Shown: one piece after another, positions 28,291-40,810 of the stretch | How the letters are laid out: every line of letters starts with the position of its first letter | How positions within the stretch are numbered: the stretch's first letter is position 1 | The notes under the pieces: generated by a model | Database searches by the model: none | The model's input: only the letters and a program-made list of their open reading frames with translations | Told to the model about the DNA's origin: nothing | NCBI GenBank assembly: GCA_951406725.2 | Contig: OX597832.1 | Span: forward strand, 13,950,001 to 14,014,000 | Direction: 5' to 3' | DNA: 64,000 nt | Origin: Octopus vulgaris | Lineage: Eukaryota | Translations under genes and position numbers: made by a program

Positions 28291-28875
28291 ACATACATAC
28301 ATACATTTATTTCAAGCGTGAACGAGTGTTCAATGTGGAAAGATCTAATGATGATTGCAACAGAGCAAATGAGATTAAATACGCCCTGTATCATGTTGTT
28401 TTAACTCCACATTTCGAAATCATATTGAGCTGCGGCATACTTTTGCCTTTCATTATTGTCTTTGAAATGCTTTGATGTAGCACTAATACAGATGAAAGTA
28501 TGTTTCGTAATTTATTTTATTATATGTCGGGAATGTGTACCTCCTGCCCCTCAGTAATAGACATAATCTTGCAATAAATGTACCGTTAATTCTTTCTGAA
28601 GCTCCCTTAAGAACTTATTTCAAAGCGGTGCAAAGAACTGATATTCAATATAGTTTTGTTTGCTGTTCAACGTAACGGACACACAACAATGGAGAATCTG
28701 GTAGATAAAATATAGAGGATCAAGAATCGTTTTGAACATCATATTATATTGTTCAAACGCACCGTAAATCAGTCACATGGAAATGCATTCTATGCAGCAT
28801 GCATATTAAGTAATTACATATGCGCACCCACAAACGTATTCGTAATCATTCAAATGTATGTATGTATATATGTAA

Positions 28876-29006
<131 letters not shown>

Positions 29007-29010
29007 CACG

Positions 29011-29053
<43 letters not shown>

Positions 29054-29134
29054 TGCATGTATATATATATGCATATATTTACAAACATATACATACTTGG
29101 AAAAGAATGTGGAGCGATCGATCAAATGAAGATA

Positions 29135-29193
<59 letters not shown>

Positions 29194-29194
29194 G

Positions 29195-29846
29195 AACCAA
29201 CTTACTTAGAAATGGATGCGTGCGTTCCGTCATATAATAACAAATTAATAAATAAAACATATGCATATATACATATATGTATGTACCTACATCTACATGT
29301 ATATATACATGCATATATGGGTACAGGACACCAAAAAAAAAAATGTCGAACACAATGAGAAACGAAAACATGAACACAAACCAAGGAAATGGACATTTTT
29401 TTAAACAATTAAAAAAATAGAATACAGGAGGTACAACACAAGAAATATTACCCTTCTTCAGTCGCCTCTGTTTCATCTACTCCGCGTTACGAAGGTCAAG
29501 TCGAGACACGATTTCGCTGAAACATTCCTTCCCGCAAAAAGTTAAATAAAATTTGAGATATTTTTGCGCAGGGGTAAAAATGATAACAAAAACAGGACAG
29601 TAAAGAGAGTACAAATTATAAACAGTAAAAGACAGGGCAAGGAGAATAACAGTAATACAAACAACATTTTTACGTTGTTTAACAATAATGTCCATTTCCT
29701 TGGTTTTTTATTTATGTTTTCGTTGTGTTCGACGTTTTTTTTGTGTTCTGTACCCATATATACATGTATATATACATGTAGATGTAGGTACGTACATATA
29801 TGTATGTATATATGCATATGTTTTATTTATTAATTTGTTATTATAT
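29195..29846. mobile_element. (TA)n-embedded fold-back element with ~175-bp inverted repeats
   Basis: Arms 29232-29408 and 29675-29846 are near-identical reverse complements around a ~265-bp spacer. Confidence 0.85.
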
Positions 29847-29848
29847 AT

Positions 29849-29885
<37 letters not shown>

Positions 29886-29906
29886 ATATGCTAATATTAT
29901 ATATAT

Positions 29907-29983
<77 letters not shown>

Positions 29984-30253
29984 ATATATATACATATGCA
30001 TATATGCACAAAAGACGTCTCCAACTGTCAGAGAACAATAGATAGAAGGTGAGAGCGAGAGACAGATAGAAAACGGCGAAGGGAAGAAGAAAGGGAATTA
30101 GAGAAAGGATGAGAGGCAAAACGATATGGGAGAAAAAAGAAGGAGAGCTGTATCAAAAAGATTAAGATAGAATTACTTGGAAATTGGATGCGTGACGTTC
30201 AGCCATATTAATAATAATATATATATATATATATATGTGTGTGTATATATATG

Positions 30254-30328
<75 letters not shown>

Positions 30329-30557
30329 CAAATAAGAAAATGGAGGAAACAATTCATTTCGATCATCAACTTACAGATATTACCATTTCATATTATTTAT
30401 TAATTATAGAAATACGAAAATTAAAATGAAACAAAACAATATGCAATTTAATAATACAATTAAAAAAATGCGAATAAGCTGCTCCTTAGAGGTGTATATT
30501 GGATAACAGATATCCCATATTGGGTTACTCTCATAAGCACCATCTTACTTTGTCCTA

Positions 30558-30605
<48 letters not shown>

Positions 30606-30830
30606 TATATTCATATCTACATATATATATATATATGCATATACTTATATTATTTACATTATTATTCTATCTATACTCATACATATATACATATATGTGT
30701 GTGTATACAAATAACACACACAAAACATTGTATATGCAGCAAACATGCATATATGTACAGATGTAAGTATGCGTGTATCGATGTGTACCTCGGTATGTAC
30801 ATGTCTGGATGTATACGTGTATGTTTCCCT

Positions 30831-30884
<54 letters not shown>

Positions 30885-30886
<2 letters not shown>

Positions 30887-31630
30887 TTATTCTTTTACTT
30901 GCTTCAGTCATTTGGCAACGGCCATGCTGGTACACCGCCTTAAAGTATTATAACAAGATATATCGATCGCAGGACGTATTGTTTCTTAAGTCTAATACTA
31001 ATTCTCTTCATCTATTTTGCCGAACCACTAAGTTACGAGGACGTAAAGGCACCAACACTGGTTGGCTGGTGGTGATGTGTGGACATACGCAGCACAAAGA
31101 TACACAGCCATAGATATATAAGTATATATACAGCAGTCTTCTTTCAGTTCCTGCCTAACAAGTCCACTCACAAGATTTTGGGTTGCCTGAGGTTATAGTA
31201 GAAGACACTTGCAAAATGTATCACGCAGTGGGACTGAACCCAGAACTATGTTGTTAACAAAATGTCTCTGGGTTCAGTCCACTTCATGGTGTCTTTCTGC
31301 GGCGTATCCTACTACAGCCTCAGGCATATCAAACAAAGGCCGGAGAAAATTCGGTAGATGCAAAATGATAGAAGCCTGTGACGTATATCTCTATGTATGA
31401 ATATGTGTACATATACGTATGCATATATAGGTGAGTGTGTGTCTGTGAGAGAGAGGGAGAGAGAGTGTGTGTTTGTGTATGTAATTCTGTGTGTCAATAT
31501 GTGTCTGTGTATGTTTACAATCGATGTCAGCCCTTGTTGGCGTATTTACGTAGCCGTAACGCAACAGTTAGAAAATAGTTACCAGGATCCATTCATTAAG
31601 GCTCCAGCATGATCGCAGTTTCATTTCTGA
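30885..31630. mobile_element. Two SINE family A copies fused head-to-head without a spacer
   Basis: Minus copy 30885-31255 and plus copy 31256-31630; junction ggactgaacccagaactatgttgtt|aacaaaatgtctctgggttcagtcc. Confidence 0.75.
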
Positions 31631-32114
31631 GAATTCGAAAGATGAAAGATATAACATACAGACACGGGCGCGCAAGCAAACGGACAGAAACATTAAATGA
31701 ATTTAGATTTAACTGAGAATTTCAGTTTCGCCTTCAAGAAGTTCAATCGGTTGATTAAGTCGTTAAGCGAAACAGAACTGCTCGTAAAATTGAATCTTAT
31801 AATAAATACCATTCTGTCCAGATAAATACCATCGTGTGATAGCGTCTATTAGTGTACTCTTCATCTATTATTGTTCAATTGATTCTGAATAATAACTTCA
31901 GTTCAACGCAGAAATACACAAAACCAGGCACGTGCACGCACACAGAGGTATATTAGATATATACATATACATTTGTATATAAATATATATGCATATATAT
32001 ATGTACGTATATTAAAATTCGTCTGCGTATATGTATGTATGTTAGAATTACGTGTGCATCTATCTATCTATCTATCTATCTATCTAACTATCTATATACC
32101 TATCTATCTATATA

Positions 32115-32266
<152 letters not shown>

Positions 32267-32510
32267 AATATGTATGTATATGTATGAGAGTATATGTAGA
32301 GTTTGTGTGTGTTTGCGCTTACCATTTCAATTTTAGTTCTTCCTATCGTTTGCTTCCAGTATATAAAGAACTCAACTGAGGTTACCAAATGAAGCGTAAC
32401 AATTTTATTTGAGGAATTTTACGGTTCATTTTATTTCAGTGACTGGTTCTTTGCTTTGATCCAATTTCAGAATCTTCGAAAATTGAAGCGTTTTCAGACA
32501 GCTTCGGATG

Positions 32511-32549
<39 letters not shown>

Positions 32550-32932
32550 TGCGTGTGTAATATATCACCATATTTTTTTTTCCGCGTGGTCGATATTATT
32601 GTTGGGTATTTCTCATCGGGATCTGAGGATTTATATATTAATTATTAAATTATATTATTTCTATTTTATCTTTCTCGTCTTTCAAATTTCTTTGGTGGAA
32701 TTGATTCTTTAGAAATCACGGACGTTTGTTGTCTGTTTTTCAGTGTAAATTCATGTGTCTTTCAGAGAGCAAGATCTAGTGAATGTGATCTGCACTCTTA
32801 AAATGATTTCTGAAGAATGTGTTTTAATATTTTGGACGCATTGTAGTATTGTATTTATTTGGGATATTTTGCGCATATCCGGACTCATAAAATGTAGGGA
32901 AAAAAAATCAAATTATACATATACAAAATAGT

Positions 32933-33110
32933 AGGCGCATAAGTGGTTTGGTGGTAAGAAGGTGGCTTCTCAACTAATTGGTTCTGATTTCAGTCTCTCC
33001 ACATGATACTCTGGGCATGTGCCTTCTATATTAACCCCAGCCTTACTATCTATGCCCATATTTGTTAGTTTTGTAGGCGTAAACTTAACGAGTTTCGTTT
33101 ATAACTACAT
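32933..33110 (+). mobile_element. Degenerate SINE family A head
   Basis: aggcgcataagtggtttggtggtaagaag...ttcagtctc...ctgggcatgtgccttcta. Confidence 0.6.
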
Positions 33111-33431
33111 ATGTATAGTAAGAGAAGGATTCAGATAGAATCAGCAGACAATTATCCATAGTGCGTTATTATTCATAACATTATATATGAGTGTGGATGG
33201 ATATATTTTATGGGGAGGGGTTACTGTGTTAGATCTCAGTTACTTTCCAGTTAACTGCTAACCGCACCGATCAGTATTTGACGCCTGTATCTACAATGTT
33301 TTAGTCATTACGCACGTTCTTGAAATAAATAATACCGGCTCTACTTCGCTGTTTTTTACAGCATATTATAAAGACCCCGTTGCTTTAAATTCAAATTTGC
33401 AATCTTGCCGTTGCATCTCCATTAAGGTCAG

Positions 33432-33673
33432 TCCATTTGGTCATCTTCGAACTGATTGAAGTAAATTTTTGTTAGTGGTCTGTGGGAGGTATTTATAGGT
33501 ATGTGCCGCTGGCTACAAATTTACCTCAGTCGATGTCCAAAGTTAGTGCTTTGTATAGAATAAGTTAAATTCTGACAGCAACTGGGGGTGGCAGCACATA
33601 AATTCCCCCACCTCCCGCAGACAACTAACAAAAACAAATTTCAATTAGTTTACTTCGAGAATGACGAAATGGA
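33432..33673. mobile_element. MITE-like element with ~60-bp imperfect terminal inverted repeats
   Basis: tccatttggtcatcttcgaactgattgaagtaaatttttgttagtggtctgtgggaggt versus acctcccgcagacaactaacaaaaacaaatttcaattagtttacttcgagaatgacgaaatgga. Confidence 0.65.
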
Positions 33674-33746
33674 TGAAGCTGCAGTGACAACATTACAAGG
33701 TTACTGTAGCAGAAACACGCGTAAGTCATTATAATAATCTGTATAC

Positions 33747-33780
<34 letters not shown>

Positions 33781-35220
33781 GTGTGTGTAGGTGTGTGTGT
33801 GTGTGAGAGAGAGAGTGAGTTGAGTGTATCTTTTTTTGCACCACCGCGTGAGGACAGGTGTTGGTTGATTTACGTCACCTCAACTTAATGGTTCTGCATA
33901 AATAGACTAAATGCATAGATGCCAAGCTTAAAATCATTACCAACTTGGCTCCTTGAAGGGGATGCCCCTACTTAAGCAGAGTCTAAAGAGAGAAACGCGT
34001 GAAAGAAAAAAATGAAGATGATTCTAGCCAAAAAGAATAGGAGCAAGTACTTGAAGTTTATTTGATTGGGCGATTAAACACTTTAAATATATAAAACTGA
34101 ATTTAGTACCTGTAGACGGATATTTTATGCTTGTGTCAGTGTCTGTAAATGAGAAACACGAAGAACAGTGTCATCAAGTCTGAGTTAATTCTTTAGAAAA
34201 TTAATGCCTTCTATCTCTGAGTTGCAGATATGGGAGTAGGATTTGCTGTCAGAGACAAGATTATTTTGGAGTGCTTTACTTCTCGAGCACATTAAGGATC
34301 TCTTTGTAGACTACTTCCATTATCAGGAATTGTGATGCACTTAGCCGAGTACATATTTATCGCATTGCCTATAGATATTTTCCCAAATGATTCACTGCTA
34401 TGAAGCTGTAACTACAAACTTCTAAATCGAACGTTAGATCGACCGATGCAAAATAACTAAATTCGGTGCGTTGTCATATCTGTTTGATTGTTTGTTCAAA
34501 TATATCACCGCGTGATAGATGTGAGCGTATCAACCATAAGGGAGATTTGTCTAGACAGTTAGCGTCATGTCGTTTTTATCATGATACGAGATATTGCCGC
34601 TGGAGAAATGAACAAAACTGTGATTCAGTACGATCTTATTTTATTGAATATGGTTCATCGTATTATCAGTTCAGTTTTGTTCCTTCACAGGAGACATTTG
34701 TTTTAGTCTCAAGCTATTTGTAATTGTTTATAAATTTTAAATTTTCACTTTTGTACGCTTCGTTTTTTCTTTTTATTAATATAAATATATCTGCACTCTG
34801 TAAAGTTCACGACACAAAAGCACACAAACAGACACAGAAGCATACATACAGACACAGACAGACACACAAACGCACACATACACACAAACACACAAATGCA
34901 CACGCATATATACTTTTGCACTTATACATTAATAGATGCATCAATAGATACATAAAAAATGCAGAAATGAAACGGGGAATTTAAATGAGGAGAGGAGAAG
35001 AGAAAATATTACGTATGAATTTAAAGAGCTAACATCTATGTTACGGAAGCAATAATATAGGAAACAAAATATAAAGAAATGGAAGATGCGTACCCTGAAT
35101 ATATATATATACTCGATGACAGTAAATTATGAGTTTAAATGTTTGAGACGATGCAATTTACGCAAGTAGAGAAGATACAAGAACGTTAAAAGGAACTCTT
35201 ACCGGTTGCAGCATTGAATG

Positions 35221-35449
35221 CGGCGAGCTGGCAGAAACGTTAGCACGCCGGGCGAAATTCTTTGCGGTATTTCGTCTGTCGTTACGTTGTGAGTTCAACT
35301 TCCGCCGAGGTCGACTTTACCTTTCATCCTTTCGGGGTCGATAAATTAAGTACCAGTTACACACTGGGGTCGATGTAATCGACTTAATACCTATGTCTGT
35401 CCTTGTTTGTCCCCTCTGTGTTTAGCCCCTTGTGGGTAATAAAGAAATA
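35221..35449 (+). mobile_element. Full-length young SINE family B (tRNA head plus Nin/Deu-like domain) with a 17-bp TSD
   Basis: cggcgagctggcagaaacgttagc...gagttcaacttcc...cctttcatcctttcggggtcgataaattaagtaccag; TSD ggttgcagcattgaatg at 35204-35220 and 35450-35466. Confidence 0.92.
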
Positions 35450-35760
35450 GGTTGCAGCATTGAATGCACGACGTTTGTATATTTTCGTAGCTTAACGAAT
35501 ACAACTGTCATAAAATCAATATAGTTAATATGTATTTTCTGTTAGGTCTCATATCTTTTTATTCTGTTTCATAGTCTTGTCTTTCAAATCCTTGAATTTA
35601 CTTTCATTCTTTTATTTATAAATGATGTGAACAATCCTTGGTTTAATTTCATGCATTGTATGCCACGTATTTCCTTGTGAATCATTGATTATTATTCGCA
35701 TCTTTGTGTCCTTTTTACTTCATAACTCACTTGTTTCATCTGTATGCCTTTTAGCTTTGG

Positions 35761-35791
<31 letters not shown>

Positions 35792-35794
<3 letters not shown>

Positions 35795-36062
35795 CGTTTT
35801 TGGATTTGGTTTGCAAGATTCTTTATATGAGTTTGTGTATTGAAGCATATTCTGTTGTGTCTGGGGAGAGTTATTCTCTTTTAGTGCCTTATTATTTAAC
35901 AGACTCACCGGTAATATTTCCACATATTTCTTATTTCTATTGAAAAGGTAGCAACACGTAACGACAATTTTAGAAAATAAAAATAAGAAGTGGAAATTTT
36001 ACCGGTGAGTGTGTTAAATAATAAGGCACTAAAAGAGAATGACTCCCCCCAGACACAACAGA

Positions 36063-36066
<4 letters not shown>
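35792..36066. mobile_element. (TA)n-embedded fold-back element with 77-bp inverted repeats
   Basis: Arms 35847-35923 and 35990-36066. The ORF track shows the same peptide (MEILPVS.LNNKALKEN.SPQTQQN) on both strands. Confidence 0.85.
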
Positions 36067-36139
<73 letters not shown>

Positions 36140-37823
36140 TGTGTGTTTCCGTGTGTGTGCGATTATGAGTGTGTGATTGTATGTTAGTTTCTTTTTGTAT
36201 GTGTGTGAATATGTCTGTTTGCGTGTGTGTGTTAGCGCGCGCGTGTGTGTGAATGTCGTTGCCATTGTTCGATAAAAAATAAGTATATTAAAGGGAAGCA
36301 AATCACATCCAGACATCAAACATGAAAACTCCATTAAGAATAGTTTCAATTTTTTGCTCAAAGCAGGCAACGTTGGGGGCAGGATCTAAGTCGAATATAT
36401 CAATATCAAAAGTTAAAAGTTAATTATTACATCGATCTAAAAAGGCTCATTGGCAATCACATTGGCTGTGTTTGAACTAATAATAAACTTTAAAAAAACC
36501 AGACGAAATATCTCACTGATGTTGTTACCACCAAAACTATTTATTAACAAAACATGCATGCACAATTTCACACCACCAATATATAAGTGCATATCATATA
36601 TCAAATTTTTCATCCGATGAAAAGAAACATTTTTTTTTTCATGCTTGTAACTTTTTATTGATTTCTAAATTGATAACTTCATTTTCTGTTACAAATACAG
36701 ACATTACTCGCAGACAGAAGTGAGATATTAATTATATACAATCAGTAAAAAGAAAGAAACAAAAACAACAACAAAATCCTGTTTCAGTTCACATTTTTAA
36801 ACGAAATATATTAGTTCTTAAATATGTTATTCTAATTGACGTGCATGTCCTAATTGGTATCGAAATACGTCTTCTATTTTCATTACACATTTTTTGTCCT
36901 AATTAGGCATTGATTAATCAAGCATCTTAAGGAATCAGTCACTTGTAGAAATAATTATTCTGTAATTAATTTTCAACGGACATCCATTATCAAGAATTCA
37001 TGAAACTGTCAATAATATGAATTACTTTGGGGGTTATTAATGGCTATATATAGACTCTTAACAGTGATGTCTTTTCACTTAGACACCAGTGGATTTTTCG
37101 TTTTATTGAAATGTTATGTTCATTTGGTAGCGATTCCGTACACTGCAGAAATTTAGTTGAAAGGCGTCAAAAAAAAAAAACACAAAACAAAAAAAGAGCT
37201 ACGATTTCACTAACGGTTGAACTTAAACTAATAAACTCAATGATGCATATTTTATTGCGCTGCGTAGTCTGTACAACCTTCGACATTCAGTACTGGTTTT
37301 AGTCTTCAATTGTACAGAATGTTTAATATGCGTTCAATTATAGACACACAATACATAAACCACCAAGAGCTCATGACAGGACCGAGATTACACATGTTGT
37401 ATATAATATTCTTATTTCGCATTTAAAAGTGTAGTTAAACTTAAAACCTTCTTGTTAGGTTTAGGTAGCAATATCAACCTGTAACCTCTTAAAAATGAAA
37501 CTTCCTGCGCCTATTATATAAATGCTGTGTTAGCTTTCATTTGTTCAGCTATAGAATCCTGTGATTTCTGTTTGTGTTTGTTCACATAATGATACATTTC
37601 CTCTCGTTCGTAAACAGTTTCCTCCTTCAGATCCCCTGTGGATATTGACGTTGAACAAACAAAATTTATTTCAATAAAGAGTTTCAATTCCCATTTCCTT
37701 TGAACATCAGCAATATCAACAATTAGATTTAAATCACGATGCACATATATATCTAAAAACAACAAAAAAAGTAAATGATACGCTCCACAATTCTTAATCA
37801 ATAATGACAAACATTCTTATTGT

Positions 37824-37896
<73 letters not shown>

Positions 37897-38024
37897 TAAG
37901 CATACATACAACTAAAACTGCATATATTAGAATAAATATATTTATCAGGCGTATTCTTGAAAATGTTATTACTTTCGATTGGAAAACTGTCGATAACTTC
38001 GAGCTCAGAAACAAGATCACTGCT

Positions 38025-38165
38025 TTGGCAGAATAGTTAGCATGCCGGGCAAAATGCTTAGCGGCATCTCCTCCTTCGCTTCTGACTTCAAACAGGCCGA
38101 GGGTGGCTTTGCCTTTCCTTATTCCGTGGTGATAAAATAATTACGAGTTGAGCATTGAAGTCCCA
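38025..38165 (+). mobile_element. Degenerate SINE family B copy
   Basis: tggcagaatagttagcatgccgggcaaaatgcttagcggcat...ctttgcctttcctt...gataaaataa. Confidence 0.75.
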
Positions 38166-38221
38166 AAAAAGGTGTACTTCTGCTTAAATTTGAAGCTAAT
38201 ATTAAGTTAATGCATATACAT

Positions 38222-38387
38222 ATGCGCAGGAGTGGCTGTGTGGTTAGTAGCTTGCTAACCAACCACATGGTTCCGGGTTCAGTCCCACTGCGAGGCATCT
38301 TGTGCAAGTGTCTTCTGCTATAGCCCCGGGCCGACCAAAGCCTTGTGAGTGGATTTGGTAGACGGAAACTGAAAGAAGCCTGTCGTA

Positions 38388-38442
<55 letters not shown>

Positions 38443-38640
38443 TTGTGTGTCTGTGTTTGTCCCCCTTGTATTGCTTGACAACCGATGCTGGCGTGTTTAC
38501 GTCCCCGTCACTTAGCGGTTCGGCAAAAGTGACCGATAGAATAAGTACTGGGCTTACAAAGAATATGTCCTGTGGTCGATTTGCTCGACTAAAAGCGGTG
38601 CTCCAGCATGGCCGCAGTCAAATGACTGAAACAAGTAAAA
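38222..38640 (+). mobile_element. SINE family A, full length (tRNA-derived head, internal (TA)n/(TG)n)
   Basis: gcgcaggagtggctgtgtggttag (box A)...gggttcagtccc (box B)...aatgactgaaacaagtaaaa. Confidence 0.92.
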
Positions 38641-38691
38641 AAACAACAAAAATAAAATAAAGTTTAGTCAATTATAAACCGATATTGACCT

Positions 38692-38942
38692 ATCTTTACT
38701 CTCTTTTACTCTTTTACTTGTTTCAGTAATTTGACTGCGGCCATGCTGGAGCACCGCCTTTCATCGAGCAACTCGGCCCAAGGACTTATTCTTTTGTAAG
38801 CCCAGTACTTATTCGATCGGTGTCTTTTGCCGAACCGCTAGGTAACGGGGACATAAACACACCAGCATCAATCGTCAAGCAATTCTAGGGGGACAAACAC
38901 AGACACAAAAACACACACACGCATATATATATCTATATATAT

Positions 38943-38986
<44 letters not shown>

Positions 38987-38994
38987 ATATATAT

Positions 38995-39039
<45 letters not shown>

Positions 39040-39186
39040 CGACGGGCTTCTTCCAGTTTCCGTCTACAAAATCCACTCACAAGGTTTATAGTAGAATACA
39101 CTTCCCCAAGGTGTCATGCAATGGGACTGAACCCGGAACCACGTGGTTGGTAAAAAAGATACTTACCACACAGCCACTCCTGCGCC
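38692..39186 (-). mobile_element. SINE family A, full length, inverted relative to 38222-38640
   Basis: (tttactc)n tail, then ttgtttcagtaatttgactgcggcc...ccacacagccactcctgcgcc. Confidence 0.92.
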
Positions 39187-40604
39187 TAACCCTAACCTGT
39201 TGATGTTTATGTTTCTACCACTAGACATATATAGAACACTTTCTCTATGAAAACATACTCAACAGTTTTATATTTTCTCAGAACACATATTGAAGAATAA
39301 AAGTCACGATATACATGCTGAGCGTGCAGTTTAATTGTGCAGGTTACCTGATCAGAACACCATATAAAGGGCTGGGTCTTATAAACAGTAAAACGAAAAG
39401 CACAAAGGCAAATAAGGAAAAGAACATCAAACACACATTTAAAATAGCAGGAGAGAAATCTTAAAATAAAATCACAGAAGTCAGCTTGAATATACCTGAG
39501 ATAAATAATCTTTTGATAAGGGCGGATAGAAAACAAATGTATAATATCAGTAGTGTGTCATGCTGTGTTACTAGTATAACAATATTTTTCGTGGTAAATC
39601 ATTGCCTCCAATTTAGTAGCGGTGAGATGACTTTGACGTACAAATGGGAAAACAAAATTCAGCTCATATGATATATACCATATATTTCTTATTAGATTCA
39701 AAGTGATTTAAGCGTCAACATTTTTCCCGAATAGCATTTATCAAATTAGAATATAAATTGTCATCTGCCCTATATTTATAGACTCGTTTTCGGAATGTGG
39801 AATCATTTCATTATGATAAAGAGGCTAAAATTCATGAAATATGCCAGCACTTTACAGAATACGTTACTGAAGATAGGGGACACTTTTATCTCCATTATAC
39901 CGCAATGGAATTTATACAGATTGGAAATAAATTAAGAAATATTAATGAACTGTAGGGATACGGTTTTTTGTCATGCAATCATAATATACTACAAATTATT
40001 ATAAAACATTTTTATAAGTCAATACAGTGCGCAGTGCTATTACATCACTTGTTAAGGTTATCTGTACAGATATTCAATTGACAATATAAGGAACACGGAA
40101 TTCGTTACGACGTTTCGTCGAGATAACCTTAAGGCGTAAATGAGGAAAATTCTTTTAGGGAAAATGTCAACGTAATATCGTAGAATATAATCAATTAACT
40201 TCTGTCCAATGAAATAATTATACACGTGTCACTAATATATAAAATACAAAGAAACAACTAAACAATTAACAACAAACGCATTGGATTAGATAGATGCCAC
40301 AAGAACACATTTACTTTCATAAATACATAGTTATCACTTCTTTCAATTTTTCTGGAAAATTATTTCAATAAAATACATAAAGATATAACTATACAATTAC
40401 GGTTTGACATTTAAGAATCTTACAGGTTTTTAAAATTTATTTTGGTGAATTTGTTTTAATCAAAAGTACCCTCGGCAGATTTACTATAATTGTAGATTTA
40501 GATACCACAGATGAAACCTCGCACGCACCTACGATTCGCATAAGGTGAAACAGTACTCTGGAGAATCAACTAATGGTGAAATGTATTTGTGTTAATGCTA
40601 CTAT

Positions 40605-40810
40605 AAAATATATGGTGTATTAACATGGTGTATTATGGTGTATTATATATATGGTGCATTATATTTAAAATACATGGTGTATCCACATGGCGTATTATGA
40701 TGTATTATATATATGGTGTATTATATAGAAAATATATGGGGTATTAACATGGTGTATTATGGTGTATCATATATATGGTGCATTATATATAAAATATATG
40801 GTGTATTAAC
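40605..40810. repeat. 62-bp minisatellite (3.3 copies) built from ATGGTGTATT subunits
   Basis: Unit starts at 40605, 40667, 40729 and 40791. Confidence 0.9.

Noticed and set aside
39185-39198. cctaaccctaacc telomere-like repeat
   Set aside because: Only two units
40605-40810. CRISPR-like periodicity (also 61853-62671)
   Set aside because: No unique spacers, no cas genes, eukaryotic context; these are simple tandem repeats
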